This document shows positions 10,881 to 19,244 of a stretch of DNA of 64,000 nt, in pieces. The notes under the pieces are model-generated. The model was given only the letters and a program-made list of their open reading frames with translations. It made no database searches and was not told the origin of the DNA. Position 1 is the stretch's first letter; each line of letters begins with the position of its first letter. The position numbers and the translations under genes were made by a program. Origin of the DNA: Nitrospirota bacterium (GTDB taxonomy: Bacteria > Nitrospirota > UBA9217); NCBI GenBank assembly GCA_963741205.1, contig CAVUHW010000015.1:32001-96000 (forward strand), in the 5' to 3' direction.

Positions 10881-11087
10881 TTCCGGATGTTCTGCCGTGC
10901 CTTGAGTTAAGTATAGCGCGGATCAATGCATCGGGTGAGTGATCCGGGGAGGTAGAAAAGGATGTCGGATTTCCCGTCCCGGCGTACACTTTGGGGCCAA
11001 TAATCTTATTCCCGCCTTCTTCCGCAGGATGTATAATTAAACGAAGAGATGTTTTGTCCTGATCCGGAGCAAAGGAGAGTGTGATCC

Positions 11088-11474
11088 ATGAGACTGCTTG
11101 AAAAGTACGAAGACCACACTTATGCATTGATGCGCATCGTGGCGGGATTTATGTTCTCGTTCCACGGCGCCCAGAAGATCCTGGGTGTTCTTTCCCAGTT
11201 CCAGCCGCCGATGGGGTCCCAGCTCTGGTTCGGCGGGATCATCGAGCTGGTGTGCGGGCTGGCGGTGATGCTGGGGTTACAGACCCGTTTGGCTGCCTTC
11301 CTCGCGAGCGGCGAGATGGCCGTGGCTTATTTCCAGTTCCATTGGAAGCTCCAGCTCGGACCCCTGTTCTTCCCCGCAGTGAATAAAGGTGAGTTGGCCG
11401 CCCTCTACTGCTTTGTGTTCCTCTACATTGCCTGCCGGGGAGGGGTCAAGTGGAGCCTGGACAAAACGGGCTGA
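11088..11474 (+). CDS. DoxX family membrane protein
   Basis: 'RIVAGFMFSFHGAQK', 'GLQTRLAAFLASGEMAVAYF', 'NKGELA'. Confidence 0.9.
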   Translation: MRLLEKYEDHTYALMRIVAGFMFSFHGAQKILGVLSQFQPPMGSQLWFGGIIELVCGLAVMLGLQTRLAAFLASGEMAVAYFQFHWKLQLGPLFFPAVNKGELAALYCFVFLYIACRGGVKWSLDKTG

Positions 11475-11536
11475 AAAGAAGAACGCCGCGGAGAAATCTT
11501 TGAGTCCGGCCCGGAGACGCCTGAAGGAGGGTGGCC

Positions 11537-12100
11537 ATGAGGAAATTATTCGTATTCAACCTGGTAACGCTTGACGGCTACTTTGAGGGGCCGAGCAGGG
11601 ATATCAGCTGGCATAACGTGGATGCGGAATTCAATGAATATGCAGTCGAAATGCTCGATTCCGTGGATACGCTTCTCTTCGGCCGTGTGACGTATGACCT
11701 CATGGCAAGTTTCTGGCCGACCCCGGACGCGGTGAAGAACGATCCTCTCGTCGCCGGAAGAATGAACAGTCTGCCCAAGATCGTTTTTTCAAGGACGCTG
11801 GATAAAGTCGAATGGAACAATACCAGGCTGGTAAAAAACAATATCGAGGAAGAAATAAGGAAAATGAAAGCGCAGCCAGGCAAGGATATGGCGCTTTTGG
11901 GAAGCGGCGTCATGATGTCGGAATTTGCGCAGGCCGGACTGATTGATGAATACCGGATCATGGTGAATCCTGTTGTCCTGGGTAACGGCAACCCGTTATT
12001 CAAAGGCATCAAGGACAGACTCAACCTGAAACTGGTAAACACAAAGATCTTTAAGTCAGGGAACGTTTTGCTGTATTACCAACCGGTGAAATTGAACTAA
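11537..12100 (+). CDS. Dihydrofolate reductase-like RibD_C domain protein
   Basis: 'TLDGYFEGP', 'LFGRVTY', 'KIVFSRTL', 'LIDEYRIMVNPVVLGNG'; RBS AAGGAGG. Confidence 0.9.
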   Translation: MRKLFVFNLVTLDGYFEGPSRDISWHNVDAEFNEYAVEMLDSVDTLLFGRVTYDLMASFWPTPDAVKNDPLVAGRMNSLPKIVFSRTLDKVEWNNTRLVKNNIEEEIRKMKAQPGKDMALLGSGVMMSEFAQAGLIDEYRIMVNPVVLGNGNPLFKGIKDRLNLKLVNTKIFKSGNVLLYYQPVKLN

Positions 12101-13745
12101 AGTCCGCGCATTCCCCCTGCTAGGGGCGAAGCGCCAGGAGGGGGTCAAGCGGACTGTTTTGGATGTGGATTGGTGAGTTGTCTGTGCTACAAAACGATAT
12201 GCAATCTTATAATATAGTGCCGATGGCTGCAGCGTATTATTGAGTTGCACTATCAGGATTCATCACCTATATTAGAGATGTGGCGATTTTAAGCGGCATA
12301 AAATTCCATTGCTACCCGACAATGGAGCAGTCCGATATTCTCGCGCAGTGGATGGGCTGCCAGCGATTTATCTACAACGCCAAGGTTGCCGAAGAACGTT
12401 ATTTCCGAACATTCCGGAATCATTCGCTGTCACTAACCGGACTACAGACGCCGATCGACCAGCAGTACTCCCAGTTTAAGGACAAGGATCTCACTCCGTT
12501 TTTATACAATGTGCCGTCTCAGATCCTAAGGAATGGCGCAACCAGGTTCATGGGCTCCTACAAGAGGTACCTGACGGGACTGTCGGGTCGCCCTGCTTAT
12601 AAAAAGAAGGCTGGACGGCAGTCCGTCTGGATTACCAGCGAGCTATTCAGGTTCGTTCCTACTGGAGGCTCAAAACAGCGGCGGGACAAAACAATATATG
12701 AGCACCGGCTGATGCTTGGCACAAAGTCGGTCGATCTGGGCGAACTTAAGTTCAAGGCTCACGATGAGTACGAAATTCCGGCGGCTATCACCATTACCCG
12801 GGAGTCCGGGAAATGGTATGTCTCCTTCTCCTATGAGAAGCAAGGCACAGTTTTGAGCGAGCAGGAACTTCTCGAGCTTTACGGCGGCATGTCATCAGAG
12901 AGTCTTAATACCGTTACACTGGGAATGGACCGCGGGATTGTAATCCCGCTGGCAACGAGCGACGGCTCGGTGCATGACTTCTCCGGCATCCAAAAAGAGC
13001 GACTGTTAAAAAAGGATGCCCGGAAGAAGAGATATCAGAGGCAAATGGCGAGGCGGATCAAAGGATCCGGCCGATTTAGGCAATCAGTTGCGAAATCAGC
13101 CCGCTGCCAGGCTTATGCTGCAAACGTAAGGCATGATTTCGCGCATAAGGCCAGCCGCAAGCTCGTGGATTCACCCGCGGAGGTGTTCGTCTTCGAGGAC
13201 CTCAAGGTCAAGAACATGACCAGAGCGCCAAAGCCTAAGAAGTCGGCCGGCGGGACGTATATTGCGAACGGGTCAAAGGCCAAGGCCGGTTTCAACAAGT
13301 CCATACTCGAATCAGCGTGGGGCAAGGTAAAACTCTTTACGACGTACAAAGCCTCGCGACGCAACAAGCTCGTAATCGCCATACCGCCGCACGGCACCTC
13401 ACAGGAGTGTTCGAAGTGTTCGCACACTCACCCGGATAATCGCCAGTCACAGGCGGTGTTCGATTGCCAAAGCTGTGGCTTTACGGAAAACGCCGATACC
13501 AATGCGTCTCTCGTTATCAAGAGGCGCGGCATAGAAATGCTTGTGTCCGGCGTAATTGCCGTAAAGCATCACAAACGCGCCATGCGGTTAAGGAAGAAGG
13601 AAACACTAGGCCGGGAACCGGCCGAAGTTACGCGCGGGGAGAAGCAGATAAGTCACGCCTTGGGAACTACTCAGGGACTGCACGCTTCTATGATCCGCGA
13701 AACCCCCACTGCAACCATGTAATTGGTTCAGTGGCGGGTAGTTCA
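12097..13745 (+). mobile_element. IS200/IS605-family element carrying tnpB without an intact tnpA (IS1341-like); ends inferred
   Basis: Left hairpin agtccgc..ccccct..agggg..gcggact (12101-12155). Right hairpin ccccactgcaacc..ggttcagtggcggg followed by TTCA (13742-13745). Confidence 0.75.
12280..13722 (+). CDS. tnpB: RNA-guided endonuclease TnpB
   Basis: N-terminal 'GCQRFIYN'; RuvC residues in 'GMDRG', 'VFEDL', 'NADTNAS'; zinc finger CSKC...CQSC. Confidence 0.93.
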   Translation: MAILSGIKFHCYPTMEQSDILAQWMGCQRFIYNAKVAEERYFRTFRNHSLSLTGLQTPIDQQYSQFKDKDLTPFLYNVPSQILRNGATRFMGSYKRYLTGLSGRPAYKKKAGRQSVWITSELFRFVPTGGSKQRRDKTIYEHRLMLGTKSVDLGELKFKAHDEYEIPAAITITRESGKWYVSFSYEKQGTVLSEQELLELYGGMSSESLNTVTLGMDRGIVIPLATSDGSVHDFSGIQKERLLKKDARKKRYQRQMARRIKGSGRFRQSVAKSARCQAYAANVRHDFAHKASRKLVDSPAEVFVFEDLKVKNMTRAPKPKKSAGGTYIANGSKAKAGFNKSILESAWGKVKLFTTYKASRRNKLVIAIPPHGTSQECSKCSHTHPDNRQSQAVFDCQSCGFTENADTNASLVIKRRGIEMLVSGVIAVKHHKRAMRLRKKETLGREPAEVTRGEKQISHALGTTQGLHASMIRETPTATM

Positions 13746-13943
13746 TTCTCAAGCTTGCAAGGACCAAGGCTTTTCCTTCCGGTGTCGTTTTACTTTGTTA
13801 CCAGCCTGACAGAAAATGATTCATACCGCCTTCAGTGCCCTCTTTCCCGCTTAAATCCGAGAAATGATTTGACAGAGAGATGCGATTGCTCTTATATTGT
13901 GCAAACAGAAACAAGGAGATAACCTTATACGCTAGGAGCACGC

Positions 13944-14966
13944 ATGCTTATCGTACTGCACCATTCAGCAAGCGAAAAGGACGTTGAAAACATCAAAAAG
14001 ACCATCACGAAGATGGGCCTCAAACCCGTCGCCATCCCCGGCGCCGAGCGGACGGCCATCGGCGTGATCGGCAACCAGGGCTGGGTAGACGACGCGCCGC
14101 TCAAGGGCAACAAGGCTATCATGGAGATCATCCATGTTACGAAGCCCTACAAACTCGTGAGCCGCGATTTCCATCCGAAGGACTCCGAGGTGAAGCTCGG
14201 CGGCAAGGTCAAGGTGGGAGGGAAATCGCCGTTTCTCGTGATCGCCGGGCCTTGCGCCGTCGAGAGCAGGGGACAGCTGATGAAGACGGCGAAGTTCCTG
14301 AAGCAGGCGGGCGTGCCCGTGCTGCGCGGCGGGGCCTACAAGCCCAGGACGAGTCCGCACAGCTTCCAGGGACTCCGTGAAGGCGGGCTCGATCTGCTCG
14401 ATGAGGTTCGGAAGGAGACCGGGCTTCTGGTCGTCACCGAGATCGTGAGTCCCGAGCACGTGGAACTCGTTGCCGGGAAGGTCGATATCCTCCAGATCGG
14501 CGCTCGGAACATGCAGAACTTCGACCTTCTGACCGAGGTGGGCAGGACCCGAAAACCCGTCATCCTGAAGCGGGGACTGTCGGCAACGATCGAAGAATGG
14601 CTCGGCTCGGCGGAGTATATCCTGCTCGGCGGCAATTCCGACGTCGTCCTGTGCGAACGGGGCATCCGGACCTTCGAAACTGCGACCAGGAATACCGCAG
14701 ACCTGGCGATCATCCCGCTGGTCAAACAAATGAGCCATCTGCCCGTGATCTTCGATCCGAGCCACGCGACCGGCAAGCGTGAGTTGGTGGCGCCTGCGGC
14801 CCTGGCATCGGTCGTCGTGGGCGCGCACGGGGCCATGATCGAGGTCCACCCGGACCCGGACCGCGCCCTGTCCGACGGCCCCCAGTCACTTCGCTTCAAG
14901 GAGTTCGAGAGGCTGCTGGCGCGGATTAGGGGTTTGAGCGCGTTTTCGCGGCAGAAGCTTTTTTAA
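13944..14966 (+). CDS. aroF: DAHP synthase class I-beta with N-terminal ACT-like domain
   Basis: 'IAGPCAVES', 'RGGAYKPRTSP', 'QIGARNMQN', 'LCERGIR', 'DPSH', 'SDGPQSL'. Confidence 0.95.
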   Translation: MLIVLHHSASEKDVENIKKTITKMGLKPVAIPGAERTAIGVIGNQGWVDDAPLKGNKAIMEIIHVTKPYKLVSRDFHPKDSEVKLGGKVKVGGKSPFLVIAGPCAVESRGQLMKTAKFLKQAGVPVLRGGAYKPRTSPHSFQGLREGGLDLLDEVRKETGLLVVTEIVSPEHVELVAGKVDILQIGARNMQNFDLLTEVGRTRKPVILKRGLSATIEEWLGSAEYILLGGNSDVVLCERGIRTFETATRNTADLAIIPLVKQMSHLPVIFDPSHATGKRELVAPAALASVVVGAHGAMIEVHPDPDRALSDGPQSLRFKEFERLLARIRGLSAFSRQKLF

Positions 14967-15144
14967 CACGGGATTCGTCCCGGAGTAGCCGTCCCAAGGG
15001 CGTTTTCATAGGCTTTTTCGCTTGCATTTTGAGAGCGCAGGGCATATCTTTTTTATATCAGATGAGCTCATGATATTCCGAGACTTTGTGGCCGGTGCAA
15101 GTGGAAGCGCTGTAATTATGGCGCGTAAAGCGTAAGGAGACGGT

Positions 15145-15354
15145 ATGACGGTCATGGATAAAATAGTGCAGCACATTAAAGGTCTGCCGGAAGCGCTGCA
15201 GGCGGAAGTGCTCGACTTCGTCGAATATCTTGAGGCAAAAAAGGGAAAGAGCGAGGCCGATTGGACGGCCTTCTCGCTGTCATCCGCCATGCGCGGCATG
15301 GAAGACGAGCCCCCGCTCTAATCGGCTCAAGACCTTAAAGAAAGCTTTAAATGA
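15145..15354 (+). pseudogene. DUF2281-type antitoxin with an in-frame TAA at 15319-15321
   Basis: MTVMDKIVQHIKGLPEALQAEVLDFVEYLEAK..SAMRGMEDEPPL*SAQDLKESFK*. The second stop overlaps the toxin start (ATGA). RBS AAGGAGA. Confidence 0.7.
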
Positions 15355-15698
15355 TCCAGGAAGGCCAAATAATCCTCTTCAAATTTCCGCAAACAGACCT
15401 GCCCTCTGGCAAACTCCGTTTCGCGCTTGTTATTCGAAAACTCCCCGGCCGGTTTGACGACTGGCTCATCTGCATGATTTCGTCACAACTGTCGCAACTG
15501 CTGGAAGATTTCGACGTGATTGTCGATGGGAACGATGCCGATTTCGAAACGTCCGGCCTCAAAACGGACAGCGTCATCAGGATCAGCCGCCTTGCCGTCG
15601 TCAGCAGCGCCATCCTTCTCGGCTCCATCGGTACGATCAGTGAAAATCGTCTCTCCCTCATTCGAAACAGAATAGTGGAATGGATTCAGGGCGCGTAG
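15351..15698 (+). CDS. PemK/MazF family toxin
   Basis: 'GQIILFKFPQTD...KLRFALV', 'ICMISS', 'SGLKTDSVIR'. Confidence 0.8.
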   Translation: MIQEGQIILFKFPQTDLPSGKLRFALVIRKLPGRFDDWLICMISSQLSQLLEDFDVIVDGNDADFETSGLKTDSVIRISRLAVVSSAILLGSIGTISENRLSLIRNRIVEWIQGA

Positions 15699-15720
15699 AG
15701 CCGATAGCAGAAAAAAGGGG

Positions 15721-16385
15721 ATGACCATCTTCGTGCACAGCAAGGTTGAGGCGTTTGTGCATGAAGAGTTGTTTGACCGACCGGTGGAACTGGAAGATCC
15801 CAACATATTACGCAATATACCAGAACTGGCCGCTACCAAGACACTGCTTGAGACCTTCAAAAAGGCTATCAACGCGCTGAATGTCCGGGATAAAGGCGAC
15901 GCAGAGATCCGGGACACGATCAAATTGCGCCAGACCCGGCCTTTTGTGGCCAAGAATCAAGCTACCTTGTTCCGAAGAAAAGAGTTTTCAACCGCATCAT
16001 TGGTGAAAGCAATCTGGAGCTTCGGTTTGCCGCATTTCTGGAGAACTGTCGCGACGAAGAGGTCTCTTACGCGAAGAACTACTTGGCTGCTAATTTTAAG
16101 CTCGAGTACGTGAAGGCGGACGGCGACATTTCCAACTACTACCCGGATTTTATAGTCAAGTAGTCCGAAAAGCGGATTGTCATCGTAGAAACGAAAGGGC
16201 AGGAAGACTTGGATGTGCCGCTGAAGATGGCACGGTTGCGGCAATGGTGTGAAGACATCAACCGGGTGCAGAAAGACGTGGAATACGACTTCGTTTAGGT
16301 GGACGAAGAGGGCTTTGAGAAATTCAAACTAACATCATTCCGGGACTTGCTGGATGGCTTCAAGGAATATAAAGGGGAAACATGA
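15721..16385 (+). pseudogene. C-terminal remnant of a type III restriction (Res) subunit
   Basis: After a frameshift near 15970: 'YAKNY..FKLEYV..NYYPDFIVK*..IVETKG' (PD-(D/E)xK). TAG stops at 16161 and 16296; no helicase part. Confidence 0.75.
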
Positions 16386-16450
16386 CAAGGCGCTCCGCAC
16401 CGGGCCGTTTTCTGCTGAGTTCCAAAGCCGCCAGTGAGCTTCAGTGACCG
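16382..16450 (+). repeat. Degenerate attC-like site
   Basis: acaaggcgctc-cgcaccgggcc..gccgccagtgagctt resembles attC inner arms; the core RYYYAAC/GTTRRRY boxes are eroded. Confidence 0.35.
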
Positions 16451-16568
16451 TATAGCGTCTTAAACTCGACCAGATTGATGATGTCGCTGTTCTTCATGGT
16501 TCACGAAATATTTTATGTGGAGCAGCGGAAACAGGAAAATAGCCCAAAGTATGGGGGGGAATTGACTG

Positions 16569-16841
16569 GTGAAGAAGATTTCCTGCAGAGCAGGATGCGG
16601 AGCATGCTGCATCGCCCCGTCGCTTTCATCTGCGATACCCGGCATGGCCTGCGGCAAGCCGGCTGGCGTCAGGTGCGGGCAACTGACAAAGGACAACCGA
16701 TGCCGCATGTACGGCAAGCCCGGCCGTCCCGCAGTATGCAGCTCCTACCAGGCAACAGAGGAATTCTGCGGGGCGACGCGGGAAGATGCGCTCCGCTTCC
16801 TGACCGAACTCGAGCGTGACACGGCCGCAGATCGTCCTTGA
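16569..16841 (+). CDS. YkgJ family cysteine-cluster protein
   Basis: 'CRAGCGACCIAPS', 'GKPAGVRC', 'RPAVC', 'FCG'. Confidence 0.9.
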   Translation: MKKISCRAGCGACCIAPSLSSAIPGMACGKPAGVRCGQLTKDNRCRMYGKPGRPAVCSSYQATEEFCGATREDALRFLTELERDTAADRP

Positions 16842-16906
16842 TTCTTACCGCTCGGATCGGACGCAGAAAATTTTATTTGTTTTCGATCACTCTTTTCACG
16901 ATTATT

Positions 16907-16941
16907 GACCCCGGCCAGGAACATCCACGGCCGGGGTTTTT
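16907..16941. terminator. Intrinsic terminator between convergent genes
   Basis: accccggcc-aggaacatccac-ggccggggt followed by a T-run. Confidence 0.7.
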
Positions 16942-16954
16942 ATGTTCTGACTGG

Positions 16955-17329
16955 TTATGGGGCGGGTTGCGTGGAGGGCACGGCCTCGGCGGGCTTGGTG
17001 CGGGTCGGCGTGAAGTTGGGGTCGATCTCGTAGGCTTTTTCGAAGTTTTCGCGAGACAGGTCGCGGTTTTCACCGTCCCCCTTCCTGCCCTTGAGGTAAT
17101 AGGCATAACCCAGGTAGTAATAGGCCTCCGCTTCCGGAGAGATCGTGGCGGATTCCTCGAATTCCGCGATGGCGGCATCGTAGTCCTTGGCGTTCAAATG
17201 AGCGATGCCCTGCTCGATGTGCTGCACGGCGGCCTTGGTGTCGAAGAGTTCCTCTTCCGCCCGCCCCGTCAGGGGCGCTGAACCCAGACCGATTAACAGG
17301 ATGATCATCAATACCCGCTTCATTCCCAT
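16955..17329 (-). CDS. Exported TPR protein
   Basis: Signal peptide MGMKRVLMIILLIGLGS; TPR-like 'AEAYYYLGYAY..FEKAYEIDP'. Confidence 0.8.
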   Translation of the reverse strand: MGMKRVLMIILLIGLGSAPLTGRAEEELFDTKAAVQHIEQGIAHLNAKDYDAAIAEFEESATISPEAEAYYYLGYAYYLKGRKGDGENRDLSRENFEKAYEIDPNFTPTRTKPAEAVPSTQPAP

Positions 17330-17481
17330 GCGAGCCTCCTCTCTAATCGACGCTACCATAGCACAACGTCCGAGTTGCTGTCAACAATCATGAGCCTGAA
17401 GCGAAGGGTGGCCGGGATAACAGGATGAAATCAGATTTGATCCATGTCCAAATTGTCGTTCCCGGCATAAGGCGCAGGTCT

Positions 17482-18426
17482 TCAGGGCCACCACACATAC
17501 AGGAACCGGGCGCCTGGTTCCGCCAGCGCGCCCATGTCTATGTTGATGAGCTTCAGGGAATAGATGTTCGCGCGGTATTCGCCGGGACGGAAGTAGGTCA
17601 CGACTGAGGCTTGCTTGAGGTTCGCCAGCTTTTTGGCCTGTTCGATGACGTCGTCGAGATAGCCGATGCCGTCGATAAGACCCGCCTCCTCCGCCTCACG
17701 GCTCGAATAGATGCGGCCGTCGGCGAGCTGCCGCACCTTCTCGGGCGCGAGCCTCCGCGATTCGGCCACGGTATTCACGAATCTTCCCTGGAGACTGTCG
17801 ATCAGGTTCTGGAACAGTGCCCTTTCCTCGGGCGAGAGGGGGCGAAAGGGAGAGCCCATCCCCTTGCGGTCTCCCGAGGAGATCTCCACGCTCTGGAGCC
17901 CGATCTTCTGCATGAGGCCCGTTGCATCGAGCCGGTACATGATAACGCCGATGCTTCCCGTCACACTCGTGGGCTGGGCCGTTATCCGGTCGGCGGCGAG
18001 CGCCGCATAGTATGCGCCCGAGGTCCCGATGTCCATGATGTGGGCCAGGACCTTCACGCCTGTTTCATTCTTGAATTTTTTGATCTCGTGGTAGAGCATG
18101 TCCGAGGCGGTCACCCCGCCGCCGGGGCTGTTGATCCGGAGCACGACGGCCTTTACCGCGCGGTCATTTCTGGCGTGGTCCAGCGCTTCCCGGACGCGGG
18201 CCAGAAGGCCGGGCCCCTTCCCGCCGGCCGGCAGCAGACGGTCACTGTCCCGGGTCGAAATGAAACCCGAGATGTCGAGGAGCAGGATCTTGTCCCGGCC
18301 GCTGCCCTCGATCACCTGCTCGGTGAGGGGCTGCACTTCTTCGGTCAACGAAACCTTGAGAAACGTGCAGCCGGATGCGGCAAGCAGCAGAAGCAGCAGG
18401 GAAAGTGCGGGAACGAACTTTTTCAC
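17482..18426 (-). CDS. sppA: Signal peptide peptidase SppA (S49), lipoprotein
   Basis: Lipobox ASGC; 'RINSPGG', 'TSGAYY', 'TGSIGV', 'ADGRIY'. Confidence 0.93.
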   Translation of the reverse strand: MKKFVPALSLLLLLLAASGCTFLKVSLTEEVQPLTEQVIEGSGRDKILLLDISGFISTRDSDRLLPAGGKGPGLLARVREALDHARNDRAVKAVVLRINSPGGGVTASDMLYHEIKKFKNETGVKVLAHIMDIGTSGAYYAALAADRITAQPTSVTGSIGVIMYRLDATGLMQKIGLQSVEISSGDRKGMGSPFRPLSPEERALFQNLIDSLQGRFVNTVAESRRLAPEKVRQLADGRIYSSREAEEAGLIDGIGYLDDVIEQAKKLANLKQASVVTYFRPGEYRANIYSLKLINIDMGALAEPGARFLYVWWP

Positions 18427-18474
18427 AGGCCTCCTTAAAGAATGTTCTATTTTTGCACATCTTGAATTTTTAAT

Positions 18475-19225
18475 TCACGTCCTTAAATCAGAAAACCGGA
18501 ACCTAGAAAATTTTGGCATATTGCGGCTTTGCGAGAATCTCGCCTTTGATTTTGCAGATGCATGCTTTATTGGTCTGAGGCGATGCTTCTCTAGTTGATT
18601 GACCCGGATGTCGGCCTTGCTCCGCAGGTCCGCCACATACTGGTCGAGCTGCTGCCCGACCTTCCGGTCCATCAGGAGCGCCACGATGCTCTTCTGAACG
18701 TCCTGAAACCGCTGTCCCGGGTACTCGGCGGCATGTTCGTTGAAATAAGCCTCGGCCTCCTCGCGGGTCACCCGCACGAAGAGGCCGACTTTCTTCTCGA
18801 CGAACTTTTCCACCAGGAGCCGCTCTCCGAGCATGCGGCAAGCTCCTGCTCTGTCAAGTCCATCTCTCCCAAGAAAGCGGAGAAGGCCGCGTCGGACCCG
18901 AAACGCGCCCTGATCTTCTCGACCTCTGCGCTCTTCTCCTGGTCCGAGACCTCCACGAACCGGAGCCGACGCGCCTCCTGGACCAGCAGCCGGCGCGTGA
19001 TGAGCCCTTCGAGCGTGTCGGTTTCAGCGTCCGGCCGCTCCTGCCGGATGTGCCGAGACGTTCGTTCAGCGCAACGGCCTGGGCCAGCTCGCTCGCCGTA
19101 ATCACCTCACTGTTCACGGCCGCTGCGATGTGGTCCACGAATTCGGCCGCGAGCGGCAGGAACGGGAGCAGGACGGCGGCAACGATGACGAGTGCAAGAG
19201 AAGATCGCTGAACGAGTATTCGCAT
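18475..19225 (-). CDS. SurA N-terminal-domain-like periplasmic protein, frameshifted; 3' end uncertain
   Basis: 'VDHIAAAVNSEVITASEL', 'YVADLRSKADIRV'; pieces lie in three frames. Confidence 0.7.
18520..18590. repeat. Second copy of the CTTTGCGAGA..CATGCTTTATTGGTCTGAGGCG repeat
   Basis: Identical 22-mer at 5659-5680 and 18561-18582, with similar upstream sequence. Confidence 0.8.
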
Positions 19226-19244
19226 GGATTCCAATTCCTCCGGG

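Noticed and set aside
16161-16298. Two in-frame TAG codons as amber recoding (pyrrolysine or alternative code)
   Set aside because: They occur in a truncated, frameshifted remnant, and TAG is used as a normal stop elsewhere (pal, gspE, gspL, gspM).
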